Below the pieces are notes generated by a model, which made no database searches, was not told where the DNA came from, and was given only the letters and a program-made list of their open reading frames with translations. DNA of 64,000 nt, taken from Octopus vulgaris (taxonomy: Eukaryota). The stretch covers positions 129,394,001 through 129,458,000 of the forward strand of contig OX597817.1 of assembly GCA_951406725.2 (NCBI GenBank), written 5' to 3'. Shown in pieces: positions 13,676 to 27,820 of the stretch; the first letter of the stretch is position 1; every line of letters begins with the position of its first letter. The position numbers and the translations under genes are program-made.

Positions 13676-14226
13676 ATGTCAGGTCACTTTCGAGTGCTAC
13701 TGGTAACATGTAACCCAGTACAACCTATTGCATGGTTGGGTCGTCGGCGACTAAACCGGCAGCCCCACCAAGCTTGCTTGGTGAGGAGGGTGTTTATTGG
13801 ACACCCTGCGGGATGAAAAACAAAACCCGTCAAAGGGTGGAGGAACTTTTGAGCGTCAACGGCCATCCAATAAATGTCTTAAGGCTGTATCATGCACGGG
13901 CACATAGAAATAATCGGACTGAATACCCGATCGCACTGTTAAACCATTGGGAGTGAAGGACTCCTAGCCTTTGTTAGAGCATCCTTCTAGGAGAAGGTAA
14001 CTAAGGTAACTGGGATAACTCCGACATAAAACTGCGGCTCAGTGGTTACCGATGATGTTGACTTGTTCTTCTTTTCGGATTATAGCTGCTGTTACTTAGT
14101 GAGTGGGATTGACTCAGTGCACAGCCTTTCCTCACTTAAAAAAAAATCTTCTTGCACAGGCCTTGCACGATAACAACATTGTTCATGATTGTTGATGGTG
14201 CTGTGAAACGAGGGGCAGCCATCATG
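13676..14226 (+). mobile_element. Non-autonomous RTE-derived bipartite element (RTE 5'UTR plus RTE-like 3' tail)
   Basis: First ~190 bp are homologous to the extreme 5' end of the RTE at 23320-23130 (ATGTCAGGT..GCTACTGGTAACATGTAACCCAGTACAACC..). Ends GAAACGAGGGGCAGCCATCAT. Flanked by (TATG)n on both sides. Confidence 0.7.
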
Positions 14227-15284
14227 TATGTATGTATGTATGAATTTATGTATGTATGTATGTATGTATGTATGTATGTATATTAGGTGGGCAAAATGAA
14301 TAATTTCTGATTTCTTATTTCTTTCTTGCGTGTTAGAAATCATTACATTGCGATTATCATATCATTTTGTATGGTTGCATTATCTTTGGGGGTAAAACTT
14401 GATCAGCATAGTTGTTGTTGTTGAAGTTGAGAAAGTTTGGGAAATAAGTGACAGGTAATTTTCTTTCAAGAAATTTTTCCTCAAATTTGACCCGATTGTT
14501 ATGTATGTTGCGAATAAAATATTTAAATAGTTTTTGCTGTTTAACAATCAAAATTCTTTTCTGTGTCATTTGTTTCTCACACTAATGTCTAATTTCATAA
14601 TTTTAAACTTTCAAAAACGTTGTCTATAATGGGGCAAAATGAGTTCAGTAATTCTTTCTCTTTAACGGCAGGTTACGTAAATAAATAAGAGAGCTACTCC
14701 AGCAAATATTGATAGTTTTTAAATTTAGTCGGGTTTTGTTAATTTCATATCATGTGCCCTTTTTCAATGATCCCCTTTGATCTGACCCAGATATTAAAAT
14801 TTTTGTTGGATTTCTGATATCTAAGGACGGATACTGATGTGTATGAATCTTTTTTCAGTTGTAATCTTGGAGTATTGAAGCGACCAATTTACCTTATATT
14901 GTCTTAGACATTATACCCCTGCTAAATTTGTTTTTTTCTATGCTCAAAGACAATGGAGATAATTTCCTGAAATAGTGTTCTGAATATGTTATAATCATTT
15001 TGATGCATTTAGAGAGGGTCATTTGCTTAGCTGGTATAGTTTTTGTAAGGTAATGAACATTCGTGTTTGTCTCCCACCATCACTTGACAACCGAAGTTGG
15101 TGTGCTTATGTCCCCGTAACTTAGCGGTTCGGCAAGTACTGAGCTTACAAAGAATGAGCCCTAGGGTCAATTTCTTCGACTAAAACTCATTAAAGTGGCC
15201 GCAGTCAAATGACTAAAACAACTAAAGAGAAAAAAGAAAGGAAAAATATATACACACACAAATGTATATAAATATGAATATGCA

Positions 15285-15424
<140 letters not shown>

Positions 15425-15752
15425 AAGATATATACATACATATATATATCTACATTTATATATATATATATATATATACACTCATATATATATATATACG
15501 CATACATACACACACACACATAAATCCACATACACACGTGCATATGCGTGTACGTGTTTATTTAAGCGTGTTTGGAAGACGCATGTTTCTGACTGTCTTT
15601 ACATTTGTTTATTATAGATTTCTTATATGTTATCCTTATTTACCTGTCCTTTCAATTCTAAGTTACATACATACGCCTTCCACGTACACACACACACACA
15701 CATAAACACACACACACACACTCACTGACTCACAAAGTCACTCACAAACCCA

Positions 15753-15784
<32 letters not shown>

Positions 15785-16195
15785 CTGAGAAACGAAGGGG
15801 AAGAATAGACGTCAATCTATCGTGTAGACGAAAGAATGTGTTTTTAATACAGCAGGTGTCATGTTAGTTCTACCGGATTACCGACCACTCGCTGCCGTTC
15901 AACCAGTCGCCCATAAAATATTAGCATACAATCCACCAATGGTCGGCAGGCAAGTGCTGGCCGTCTATTTTACTGCCCACCTACTGTGTAAAACTCTAAT
16001 GCACAGTCTTGTATGTATTATTGACAAACAGCCAGCTCACAGCGGGGAGTCATGCATATATAATGGCTTGAACCTACAGATAAATTATTCACAACGAGCA
16101 GAAGAAAAAGTGTTAATACACACATGCGAACACACATGCATAGATACTTGCATATATATATATATATATTCACAAACACATATGCATACATACGC

Positions 16196-16268
<73 letters not shown>

Positions 16269-16579
16269 TATACTTACATTTGTGAGTGTGTGTGTATATG
16301 TATGTATGTATATATATCTATATATATATGTGTGTGTGTGTATATATCTATATATGTATGTGTATGTGTGTATATATAACTATATAAATATATATATGTG
16401 TATACATATATTCATATATGCACATATATACATACACACATTTAAAAGTGTGTGTTGTCTGTTGATTGATAATGGTGTAGCAATCAGAAGAAAATGTTCT
16501 TATGTATAAATGCTTCTTTAATGAGTTTATGAGCACTAATGTGTATATGGCTATATGTAGATATCCATGAATATACATG

Positions 16580-16625
<46 letters not shown>

Positions 16626-16671
16626 TTAATAAGATTATGTACTCATATGCGCGTATCTATTTATCTATCTA

Positions 16672-16705
<34 letters not shown>

Positions 16706-16796
16706 TAGATAGATATATAGATAGATATATAGATAGATAGATATATATATATATATATATAGATAGATAGATATATATATATATATATATACATAC

Positions 16797-16874
<78 letters not shown>

Positions 16875-17210
16875 GTATATGTATATATGTATGTATGAGC
16901 TTTTTTGGTATCCAGAAGATCTAAAAGGCAGGTAAGGCTATGTAAGTACTACGGAAGGACCGCTGTTAGACTCCCGGTTCGAGAACAGTATGCGTGAGGA
17001 GTCTAACGCGAGTCGTGTGTGAGCGTGTATAGGTTAGATAAAAGGAAACAACAAAGCCAAGGAAGTAAGACTACCCTTCTCGTTATAAAATGTCCTAGCA
17101 ATTTCTCATAGCCTTGTCTTTGTTGTCTCATCTTATTTAACCTATATATATATATAGTGGCCTGGAAATTGTTGGCCAAGTGCTTTTTTACCCCTATAGA
17201 TAGATAAATG

Positions 17211-17266
<56 letters not shown>

Positions 17267-17399
17267 TTGTGTGTGTGTGAGAGAGAGAGAGAGAAAGAGA
17301 GAGATATATATAAACACTACTGTAAATATCTAGTTCCTACGTACGTTTCACTATTGCAGTTATTTGGAAGTCAACATCGGTTGTCGCAAATGAATTGAG

Positions 17400-18377
17400 A
17401 TGACTAACTGCAATGGATCATCAGTAGGTAAATATTCGGTGAAATACTCTCACCTGTGCAATTTCCAGGTACGTTACCTCCAAATAATCATGTTAGTTTA
17501 ACCTCGGATGACTAACCTTGAGAAGTATTCCTCTTTTGAAATATTTGACTAACCAGGCATTTTTTTTGTTTTCAATAGAATAAGCCAGTAACGTTTTCAA
17601 TAAATATTTCCTCTGACAAACAATGTTTTTCCTGAATAAACATTTTATATATATCAAGTAACTCACACGTTGCATTCATATTGGTTCTTTCGTCTTGCAC
17701 TTCCATAGTGCTGATGTTTACACCTTCCCTATTTCATCAGAATCACCTTCACTTGCTACATGTGCAACATTGCGTTCCTTGAAAAGTTTTCAAATATTTT
17801 CTGGCACTACACCAATGCTAGTAGACATAGTACGCGCTGATTTTGATCCTCTAATCGTACTCCAATTGTCTTTCAATTTCAATAACTAAACAACTGAGTT
17901 GCTTAGTTTTACATGGGAAGTTCATCGGAACACGCACTTTTACATGCACCAATATTCGCACTTTAATATTGTTGCGAACACTTCTCCAATCTTCGTTGAC
18001 GTTTCACCTTACTTCGAACACATATTTCTACTCAAATTTCGGTTATGGACGTTTTCTTTTCTTTTGACACATAAACATCACTTGCATCGGATTTACAATT
18101 TACAGACATGGCTACGAGTGTAAATACTGGAAAAACTTAATCCACATAATAAGAATAATGCAAACACAATGTTTTCATAATTTGATCGAAAATGGTTTTG
18201 AGCTTCATCAAGCCAACGAACCACTGAAAACATACTATTTATATGTCTCAAAGCCTGTTGGGTTTAACAAGTAATTATGTGTAGCTCGAAATTCTAATAC
18301 AATAGAGCTTATGAACGTCGGTTCGTAAATATGGATGACCTTCAGAAGTCAAGTGTACGTAGCTCGGGGACTGCCTG
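17400..18377 (-). mobile_element. Degenerate Tigger/pogo-like DNA transposon, 5' part
   Basis: Terminus CAGGCAGTCCCCGAGCTACG. Frameshifted CENP-B-like HTH remnant (IEIERQL..EDQNQR) and a decayed QIFNxDETGLFWKKMP..ISKEE motif. Confidence 0.65.
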
Positions 18378-18559
18378 AAATTATACATAAAAACATTCAT
18401 ACATAAATACATACATGCATGCATACATACAAACATACATACATACATTCTCACACACATACATACATACACACATATGTGTACATAAACATATTACGTA
18501 CATACACAAGCACTAACACATTCATATATAAATATATATGTGTGTGTGTGTGTATGTGT

Positions 18560-18788
18560 AATCTTCTATTCTTTTAGATGTTTCAGTCATTTGACAGCGG
18601 CCATGCTTGAAGGGATTTTAGTCGAACAAGGTCCTACGACATGTTTTTTAAGCCTAGTACTTATTCTATAGCTCTCTTTTGCCGAACCGCTAAGTGTTGG
18701 GGACATAAACACATCAACGCTGGCTGTCAAGCGTTAATGGGGGACAAACACAAATACAAAGACGAACACACACACACACACATACAGA

Positions 18789-18863
<75 letters not shown>

Positions 18864-19030
18864 TATATACGACGGGAGTCTTTCAGTTTCCGTCTACCAA
18901 AACCACTCACAAGGCTTTGGTTGGCCTGAGGATATAGTAGAAGACACGTGCCCAGGGAGCCACGCAGTGGGACTGAACTTGGCACCATGTGGTTGGTAAG
19001 CAAACTTCTTAAGACACAGCCACGCCAGCG
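18560..19030 (-). mobile_element. tRNA-derived SINE (third family, internal microsatellite)
   Basis: Homologous to the plus-strand copies at 26950 and 29625. Confidence 0.75.
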
Positions 19031-19146
19031 CCTCTGAATACACACACACACATATATGTTCATATCCTTTCTGTTTTTATCTGTTTCTCATATGATTCTT
19101 CGTAGTCCTCCTGTGCCACATTTTACTATTTTATACTCTTTTATTT

Positions 19147-19188
<42 letters not shown>

Positions 19189-19221
19189 ATCAAAATAAGC
19201 AACAAGAATGACTCCGGTAAT

Positions 19222-19307
19222 TTGATACGATCGTTTCCTACTACATCATTTTATTAAATGTTGTAAGTATTACAACAGATGTAAGATGCTGAGTACTCAT
19301 CAGCCAA
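19222..19307 (-). ncRNA. Type I hammerhead ribozyme-like motif with long stem II (probable PLE terminus)
   Basis: TTGG-CTGATGA-GTACT..(TGTTGTAA/TTACAACA hairpin)..AGTAG-GAAA-C-GATC-G-TA-TCAA. Core boxes intact; the first stem II pair is mismatched. Confidence 0.5.
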
Positions 19308-19374
19308 TTATAGAGGTTTTCCATTAATTCAAAAATGTTCAAATTAAGTGGCAACATTATAGAGAAGGTAATTA

Positions 19375-22300
19375 ATTAATGTTCGTCCTTCGGGTTTTGA
19401 GATGACCATTGACATCATTTGGTGGAATTGCTGCTATGAGACCGGTGGTGAGGCCAATCCGGGCAAGAAAGCCCCTCCCACAGGTGGGGTAGAAGTGGGT
19501 AGGGGCTGTGCTATTGGTGCAGGTGGCTCTGGCTTTCCGCATCTGGCGTTTCTGTTCTGCTGACTGAATCCGTCTCTCCTCGGCTGTCTTTGCTCCTGTG
19601 GTGATTCCGCTGCGCCAGGATGAGCGGTCGGCAGCAAGTGTCTCCCAAGTCTCTGTGCCGATGGAGAAGTCTTTGAGAGAGACTTTGAGACTGTCCTTGA
19701 AGCGCTTCTTCTGCCCTCCGACTTTGCGTTTGCCCTGGCTGAGTTCACCGTAGAAGAGCTGTTTTGTGATGCGAGTGTCGGACATGCGGGAGACGTAGCC
19801 TGCCCATCTCAGCTGGGCCTTGCGCATGATCGTGATAGTGCTAGGGAGATTTGCCTGCTTCAGAACTTCCGTGTCTGGGACTTTGTCCTGCCAGCGGATG
19901 TGAAGGAGGTTCCGAAGACACCTGAGGTGGAAGTGGTTTATCTGGCGCTCGTGCCTTCGGTAAGCAGTCCACGTCTCGCAGCCGTATAGTAGGGTGGTAA
20001 GCATGACCGCCCGGTAGACTTTCAGCTTGGTGTTGAGGCTGATTATCTCCGCTCCCAGACATTCTTTCGCAGTCTCCCAAATGCGCTGCTTGCCTTGGAG
20101 ATTCTGTTGATGATTTCAGCATCTATGTTGGCATTGCAGGAGAGAGTGCTGCCCAGGTAGGTGACGTTTTCCACCGCTCGTAGGATCCGTCTGTTCACCT
20201 TTATCTGAGGCTCATGGTATTGTTTGCCTGGGGCTGGCTGAAACATCACTTCGGTTTTCTTGGCACTGATGGTGAGACCGAAGTTGTCACAGGCTGATGA
20301 GAACCTGTCCATCCCGAGCTGCATCTCCTGCTCATCGATTGCATTAAGGGCGCAGTCGTCAGCAAAGAGAAAGTCTCTGACGACTGTCTCCCTCACCTTT
20401 GACGGCCTGCAATCTTCTGGAGTTGAAAAATTTCCCGTCCGTCCTGTACTTGATGTCGATACCGGACTTGCTATCCCTGAAGGCGTCGGACAGCATTGCC
20501 GAGAACATGATACTGAACAGTGTTGGGGCCAGGACACAGCCCTGCCTGACTCCGTTGGTCACCTGGAAGGCTTCAGATGAGTTGCCGTCTTCAAGGACTC
20601 TGGCTGTCATTCCGTCGTGGAACTGGCGGACAATTGCAATAAATTTGCTGGGGCAGCCAAATTTTCCCATGACCTTCCAGAGTCCCTCCCGACTGACTGT
20701 ATCGAAAGCCCTGATGAGGTCAACAAAGGTCATGTAGAGGTCAAGATGCTGCTCCATGCATTTCTCCTGGAGCTGGCGGGCGGCGAATATCATGTCAGTG
20801 GTCCCTCGACCCGCGCGGAAACCACACTGGCTCTCAGGGAGAAGGCCTTGCTCCAAGTGTTCCAGAAGGCGATCAAGCAGGACTCGGGCCAGGATCTTGC
20901 CTGCTATGGACAAGAGGGATATTCTTCGGTGGTTGTTGCAGGACTGCCGATCTCCTTTCCGCTTATAAATGTGGACGATTGTTGCGTCCCGGAAAACTTG
21001 AGGGAGTTGTTCCCTGTCCCACATCGACTGGAACAGACTGGTGAGCTGACTGATCATGGTGGGGCCGCCCGACTTGAACACCTCTGCAGGGATGGCGTCA
21101 GAGCCTGGAGCTTTGCCGGTGGACATTTTTTTGATGGCTCTGCTTACTTCCTCGACTGCAGGGGGAACAGTCATCTCGTGGTTTGTCGGCACCTGGGGGA
21201 GTCGTGCGATGGCTTCCTCGTTGATCTGGGCTGGTCGGTTGAGCACGATGTTGAAATGCTCCGCCCATCTCTCCAGGATCAGCCTCTTGTTAGTCAGGAG
21301 TGAGGTTCCATCCGAGCTGAGCAGAGGGGTTGATCCAAAGGAGGACTGCGGTCCATAGACAGCTTTCAGCGCCTCGTAGAATTTCTTGGTGTCGTGTTTG
21401 TCTGCGTATCCCTGAATCTCATCCGCCTTGGCGCTTAACTATGCGTCTTGCATGAGGCGGAATTTTGCCTGGACTGTGCTACGAATGTTGTTGAAAGCAG
21501 CCTTCTTTGCCGTGCAGGTGGTGTCATTTTGGTGGGCCCGAAGCAGACGGCGTTTCTCTTCCAGGAGCTTTTGGATTTCCTGGTCGTTTTCGTCGAACCA
21601 GTCCTGGTGGTTCCTCGTAACTTGGCCTAGAGTTTCAAGGGCGATGGAATGAACCGTGTCCCTGAATGATTCCCACTGCTCATCGATGCTGGACTGGTCA
21701 TTCCGAATGTCCAACAGCTTGCTGTCCATACGTAACTGGAGATCTTGTGCAGTCAGCTGGTTCTTTAATTTCGTGATGTTAAGCTTCCTCGTTACTTTCT
21801 GACCCTGTGGTCTTCTCTTAGGTTGGATGTAGAAATCCATCCTGGAGATGATGAGGCGATGGTCCGTCCAGCAATCAGCTCCACACATGACTTTGACCAG
21901 TCTCACGTCCCACCTATCTTTCGCCCTGACGATGACGTAATCTAGCAGATGCCAGTGTTTGGAGCGTGGATGCATCCATGATGTCTTGTTGCGTGTTGGC
22001 AGACGGAACAAGGTGTTGGCGATGGTAAGATCATGAGAGGCGCACGCCCGCAGGAGGAGCTGCCCGTTGTTGTTGCACTTTCCGATTCCTTGCTTTCCAA
22101 GTACGCGATGCCAGGCTTGATGGTCAGTCCCGACACGGGCGTTAAAGTCCCCAAGGAGGATGAGCTTCCCAGGCTGGGCTGACGTGATGAGGGAATCGAG
22201 TTCCTCATAGAACCTGTCCTTAACTTCTTAAGGGTTGGTCATGGTAGGGGCGTAAGCGCTGATGATGGTCGCACTAGTCTTGTTTCCAATGGGACCTGCA

Positions 22301-23320
22301 TCTTCATCAGCCGATCGTTAATATCCTCGGGGGAGATTTCCAGTTTCCGCACGTGTACTGACTTGATGGCAAAACCAACACCAGCCTCACGACGCTCTTC
22401 GCTGCTGCGACCACTCCAAAAGAAAGTGTAGCCGCCGCCTGTCTCTGTCAGCTGGCCTTTGTCCGCAAGGCGGGTCTCGCTCAGTGCTGCGATATCGACA
22501 TTGTATCATCTCAGTTCTCTGGCCACCAGGGCAGTTCGTCTCTCTGGTCTGTCCGCTTTGGTGTTGTCAAGCAGAGTTCTCACATTCCAAGTTGCGAAAG
22601 TGAGCACCTTTGATCGTTTTCTTTCTTTGTTTCGACCGCTTGGAAAGGATCCCCGCCAGCCGCGGTTTGCTGACCAGGGCGAGGTGAGGCAGGCTATGTT
22701 TAGGGCAACCTTTTCTATCCCCGTCCTCATGCTGCGGAGGCAAGCAGAGCGATCCTGAAGAGGGCTGCTCGGTCACTCAGGAGGCTGCCGGTCTCCACTG
22801 CTGCCTCAGTTCAGTGAGGGGCGACCACATGTCCTGAGCCGCCTGTGTGTGGGTTCACGACTGCAGCTCCCAGTGTATCCTCACCTGCTACTTCGCCGTT
22901 TCCCCATCGCCACAGGACTTTGTGATGTTGGTGTCATGACGTGCGCGTGACTTGGATTATAGTGAGGGTGACTTGCGCAGGATCAGCCTCACTCTCTCGT
23001 CCTGGTGCGCCGGATCCAGTGGCAAGACAAAGTCAAGACGGCTGGGGGTAGACCAGGATGCAAGAACTGCCGGAAGGTGGCACGCATGGCGCAATCCAAC
23101 CGCCTTAGGGGCTCCACTCCGGATTTTGGATGGCCACTGACTCATGAGAGAGTTCCTCTGCCCTTTGACAGGTTTTGTTTTTAGTCCTGCTGGGTGTCCA
23201 AATCACCCTCCTCACCAAGAAATCTTGTTGGGGTTGCCAGTTTAGTCGCCAACGACCCGACCATGTAACAGGTTGTACTGGGTTACATGTTACCAGTAGC
23301 TCCAAGCGGAGACCTGACAT
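19375..23320 (-). mobile_element. Near full-length degenerate RTE-clade LINE (APE endonuclease plus reverse transcriptase)
   Basis: TWNVRTL..RTALVAREL, WMHPRSKHWHLLDYVIVR, QCGFRAGRGTTDMIF, GVRQGCVLAPTLF, LFADDCAL, LLYGCETW. Stops at ~22506 and ~21439; frameshifts near 20400 and 20040. ~600-bp 5'UTR. Confidence 0.95.
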
Positions 23321-23402
23321 CACAAAGTCCTGTGGCGATGGGGAAACGGCGAAGTAGCAGGTGAGGATACACTGGGAGCTGCAGTCGTGAACCCACACAC
23401 AG
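22843..23402. repeat. Perfect 86-bp inverted repeat (22843-22928 / 23317-23402)
   Basis: Base-by-base reverse-complement identity of the two arms, separated by 388 bp. Confidence 0.95.
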
Positions 23403-23935
23403 AGCCAGACCATCAATCGAGAGTTCTACTGCAGCGTTTGAGAGAGGACATTCGGCGAAAGTAACTGGATTTGTAGAGCGCGAAGAATTGAATTCTTCAT
23501 GACGACAATACAGCCTGTCACCGAGTTAATTTCGATAACTTTGATAGGTTTTGGCCAGTATAAGCCCAGGCCATGAGTTCTCCTCATTTGTGATTTTCTC
23601 GCCAAAAACATGTTATCGTTTCCACATCCGCCCTATTCGCCAGATTTAGTACCTGCGGACACTTCCTCAACATGAAAATACAGCTCAAAGTTCGCCGTTT
23701 TAACAACTTTATCGAGATCAAGAGCGAATTGCAGAAGGTCCTCGACTCGTTTATGTAAAACCACTTCCAGGCCATATTCCGAAAAACCACTTCCAGGTCA
23801 TATTCCGAAAATGGCAGCAATGCTAGAAAGGGTTTATTGCCCCGCAAGGTGGCTATTTCGAAAAGATGATGTTAAAACTTAGGTAAATAAGTTATTCTTT
23901 ATTAAACATAATCAGTCCGGGAACTCTTTGAAACT
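23403..23935 (+). mobile_element. Mariner transposase 3' half with right TIR remnant
   Basis: QTINREFY, ILHDDN and PHPPYSPDL motifs. 3' end CATAATCAGTCCGGGAACTCTTTGA resembles the mariner ends at 57440 and 59175. Confidence 0.85.
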
Positions 23936-24180
23936 AATTAGTATAATACATATATACACGCATACATACATTATATAGATACATGTATGAATTTCTTACT
24001 TCTTTATTGCCCACAAGGGACTAAACATAGAGGGGACAAAGAAGGACAGACAAAGGGATTAGGTCCATTACATCGATCCCAGTAAGGATGGAAGGCAAAG
24101 TCGACCTCGGCGGAACGAATTTCTATCAGCACGTCAGTATGTATGTATGTATGTATGTACTTATGTATGCATGTATGAAC

Positions 24181-24211
<31 letters not shown>

Positions 24212-24482
24212 TGTATGTATGTATGTATGTATGTATGTATGTATGCATGTATGTATGTATGTATGTATGTATGTATGCATCTTTGTATGTATGTATATAT
24301 GTATGTATATGTGTCTTGTATGTAAAATACGCGTTATATATTGTCTCAGAAAGGAGAATAACTGGAAAAATTGATTAAGAAAACGCAAGCGTTCGAACAA
24401 GTGCATGTGGCTAAATAAAGTTGGAGAAGGAAACGATAGATGAGTGAGAGCACAAAAAGACAGATGAGCGAGCGAACAAAAG

Positions 24483-25072
<590 letters not shown>

Positions 25073-25320
25073 GTTTAAAGTGAAGGAGAATGAGGGTGGA
25101 GTTACAGAAACGGAAGTTTGAAAACGGCTATTGTTTTCCGCCTTTCATTTGGAACAAATCTTTAGAACAACACCACTAGCAGATATGAGACAGACGAACA
25201 GCTGAAATTTTAGCTTTCAGTTTCATTCCATTCTTCCCCGCTGTGATGCCCGAAACTTAATCCACGTAATATATAAATCTCAGCACATGCATATACATAA
25301 ACATATGTGTGTGTGTATGC

Positions 25321-25359
<39 letters not shown>

Positions 25360-25363
25360 TGTT

Positions 25364-25398
<35 letters not shown>

Positions 25399-25432
25399 GT
25401 ATATGTAAATGTATACATTATATATATACATA

Positions 25433-25474
<42 letters not shown>

Positions 25475-25906
25475 GATATGAATACATAGATATAATATAT
25501 GCATACACATACGCACGCTCACGCACGCACAGGCGCGCGCGCACACACATACAGATATTTCTTTTACCTTTTATCGTTTTTTTTTTTCGGTGTTTCATTC
25601 ATGTAACACCGACCATGCTGGTGCACCACGTTTAAGGTTTTAGTTGGACGAATCGATGCCGGTACTTTTTTATTAAGACGGTTACTTATTCTATCCGTTA
25701 TTTTGTTGAACTGCTAGATTACGGGGATCTAAACAAACCAACACCGGGTCTATTGTAGAAGACACTAGCCCGAGATTTTGGACCCATAACCATGTGGTTG
25801 CGAATCAAACTTTTTACCACCGGGCCATCTCTACGCGTATGTAATGTACATATGTATGTATGCATATATATATATATATACATATATACATATATATGTA
25901 TATATG

Positions 25907-25962
<56 letters not shown>

Positions 25963-26068
25963 TAAGAACGGTAAGATAACAGATGGCCAGATAACCGAAG
26001 AGATGGTGCTGTGGATTTCACTTCGGCATCTGAAACTCAGAGTTTTATCTTGACTATTGAGTAATTGT

Positions 26069-26117
<49 letters not shown>

Positions 26118-26120
<3 letters not shown>

Positions 26121-26579
26121 ACTATTTTGCAAAACAAACAAGGAAGGACTTAATCAATACATAAAATTTTAATAAAAAGTCAAAAAACCGCCACTACAAT
26201 TGTTTCTTGTCCTGATCGACAATCTTCAGGTGGACTTCCAATCTAAAATATCAATATTTTAAAATATAAAAATAATAATTTTAAAATAATTAAAGTATTA
26301 ATGAATATAAATATATAATCTATATATAACCTATATAGTTTATATATTGATTATATATGGATTATATATAGGTTATATATAGATTATATATTTATATTCA
26401 TTAATACTTTAATCATTTTAAAATTATTATTTTTATATTTTAAAATATTGATATTTTAGATTGGAGTCCACCTGAGATTGTCGATCAGGACAAGAAACAA
26501 TTGTAGTGGCGGTTTTTGATTTTATTAAAATTTTATGTATTGATTAAGTCTTTCCTTGTTTGTTTTGCAAAATAGTGGT
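26118..26579. repeat. ~220-bp-arm palindrome (probable inverted PLE pseudo-LTR pair)
   Basis: 26118-26337 is the near-exact reverse complement of ~26365-26579. Each arm holds a hammerhead motif. Confidence 0.9.
26191..26233 (-). ncRNA. Intact minimal type I hammerhead ribozyme motif
   Basis: CCAC-CTGAAGA-TTGTC-gatcag-GACAA-GAAA-C-AATT-G-TA-GTGG: stem I CCAC/GTGG, canonical core, 5-bp stem II, palindromic loop 3, GUA cleavage triplet. Confidence 0.8.
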
Positions 26580-26685
26580 TTTGTCTCTAATAATATTATA
26601 TAATATTTTACTATAAAATTGGATTTAATCCTAAATCTGATTTTTTCCCTGTAAATTTGGATTTATTCCCTAATATTTATTATTG

Positions 26686-26728
<43 letters not shown>

Positions 26729-26731
26729 TAC

Positions 26732-26762
<31 letters not shown>

Positions 26763-26949
26763 CACAATCATACATACATACATACATACATACATGCATA
26801 CATACGTACATATATACATATATATATATATATATTATTTATAAATATATATGGATGATTGTACGTACGTGTGTATCGTTAGGTACACTTACAACCAGAA
26901 ATAAAAGTTGGTCCACAAATATAAAGACATGCTTATCAGTGCGTTTATG

Positions 26950-27345
26950 TAATATGTGGTAAGTAGCTTGCTAACCAACCACATGGTTCCGGGTTCAGTC
27001 CCACCGCGTGGCATCTTGGGCAAGTGTCTTCTACTATAGCCCCGGGCCGACCAAAGCCTTGTGAGTGGATTTGGTAGACGGAAACTGAAAGAAGCCTGTC
27101 GTATATATGTATATATATATATGTGTGTGTTTGTGTGTGTGTGTTTGTCCCCCTAGCATTGCTTGACAACCGATTCAGGTGTGTTTACGTCCCCGTCACT
27201 TAGCGGTTCGGCAAAAGAGACCGATAGAATAAGTACTGGGCTTACAAAAGAATAAGTCCCGGGGTCGAGTTGCTCGATTAAAGGCGGTGCTCCAGCATGG
27301 CCGCAGTCAAATTACTGAAACAAGTAAAAGTGTAAAAGAGTAAAG
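26950..27345 (+). mobile_element. tRNA-derived SINE (third family)
   Basis: TGTGGTAAGTAGCTTGC..GGGTTCAGTCCCAC..CTTGGGCAAGTGTCTTCTACTATAGC..; tail GAGTAAAGAGT. Confidence 0.85.
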
Positions 27346-27777
27346 AGTAAAGAGAGTACGAATGTGTGTATGTGTGTGTGTGTGTAGACGCATGTGAGTA
27401 CATATACGCAAACGGGTATATCTACTTATATAGAACGTAAATTCTTTATTTATTTTTGAAAACAAAAAGGATCCTTATCTAGAATATATTCCATTAATTA
27501 CCAGATAGCTGTTGAGAATACCCCCATTTCTATACTATAAAGAAAAGTTTACATACTATAAAGAAAGCGCAGATTGTTGCTTGTGATGTGTGTGTGTACT
27601 GTGTGTGTGTGTGTGCCTTAGTTGGCGTCATCAGCACATCATCTGTCCCAACCTGTTTTCGTAAGTGAAGTGACATGGAATGAACAAAAGTAGTAGATGT
27701 TTATGGCCTATATTTATGAACAACAACATACACACACACACACACTCGCTCACTCACAAACAAAGATATTTTTATAT

Positions 27778-27820
<43 letters not shown>

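Noticed and set aside
20260-21652. Plus-strand ORFs antisense to the RTE (and the 38360-38881 antisense ORF in CR1)
   Set aside because: Shadow ORFs of GC-rich coding sequence.
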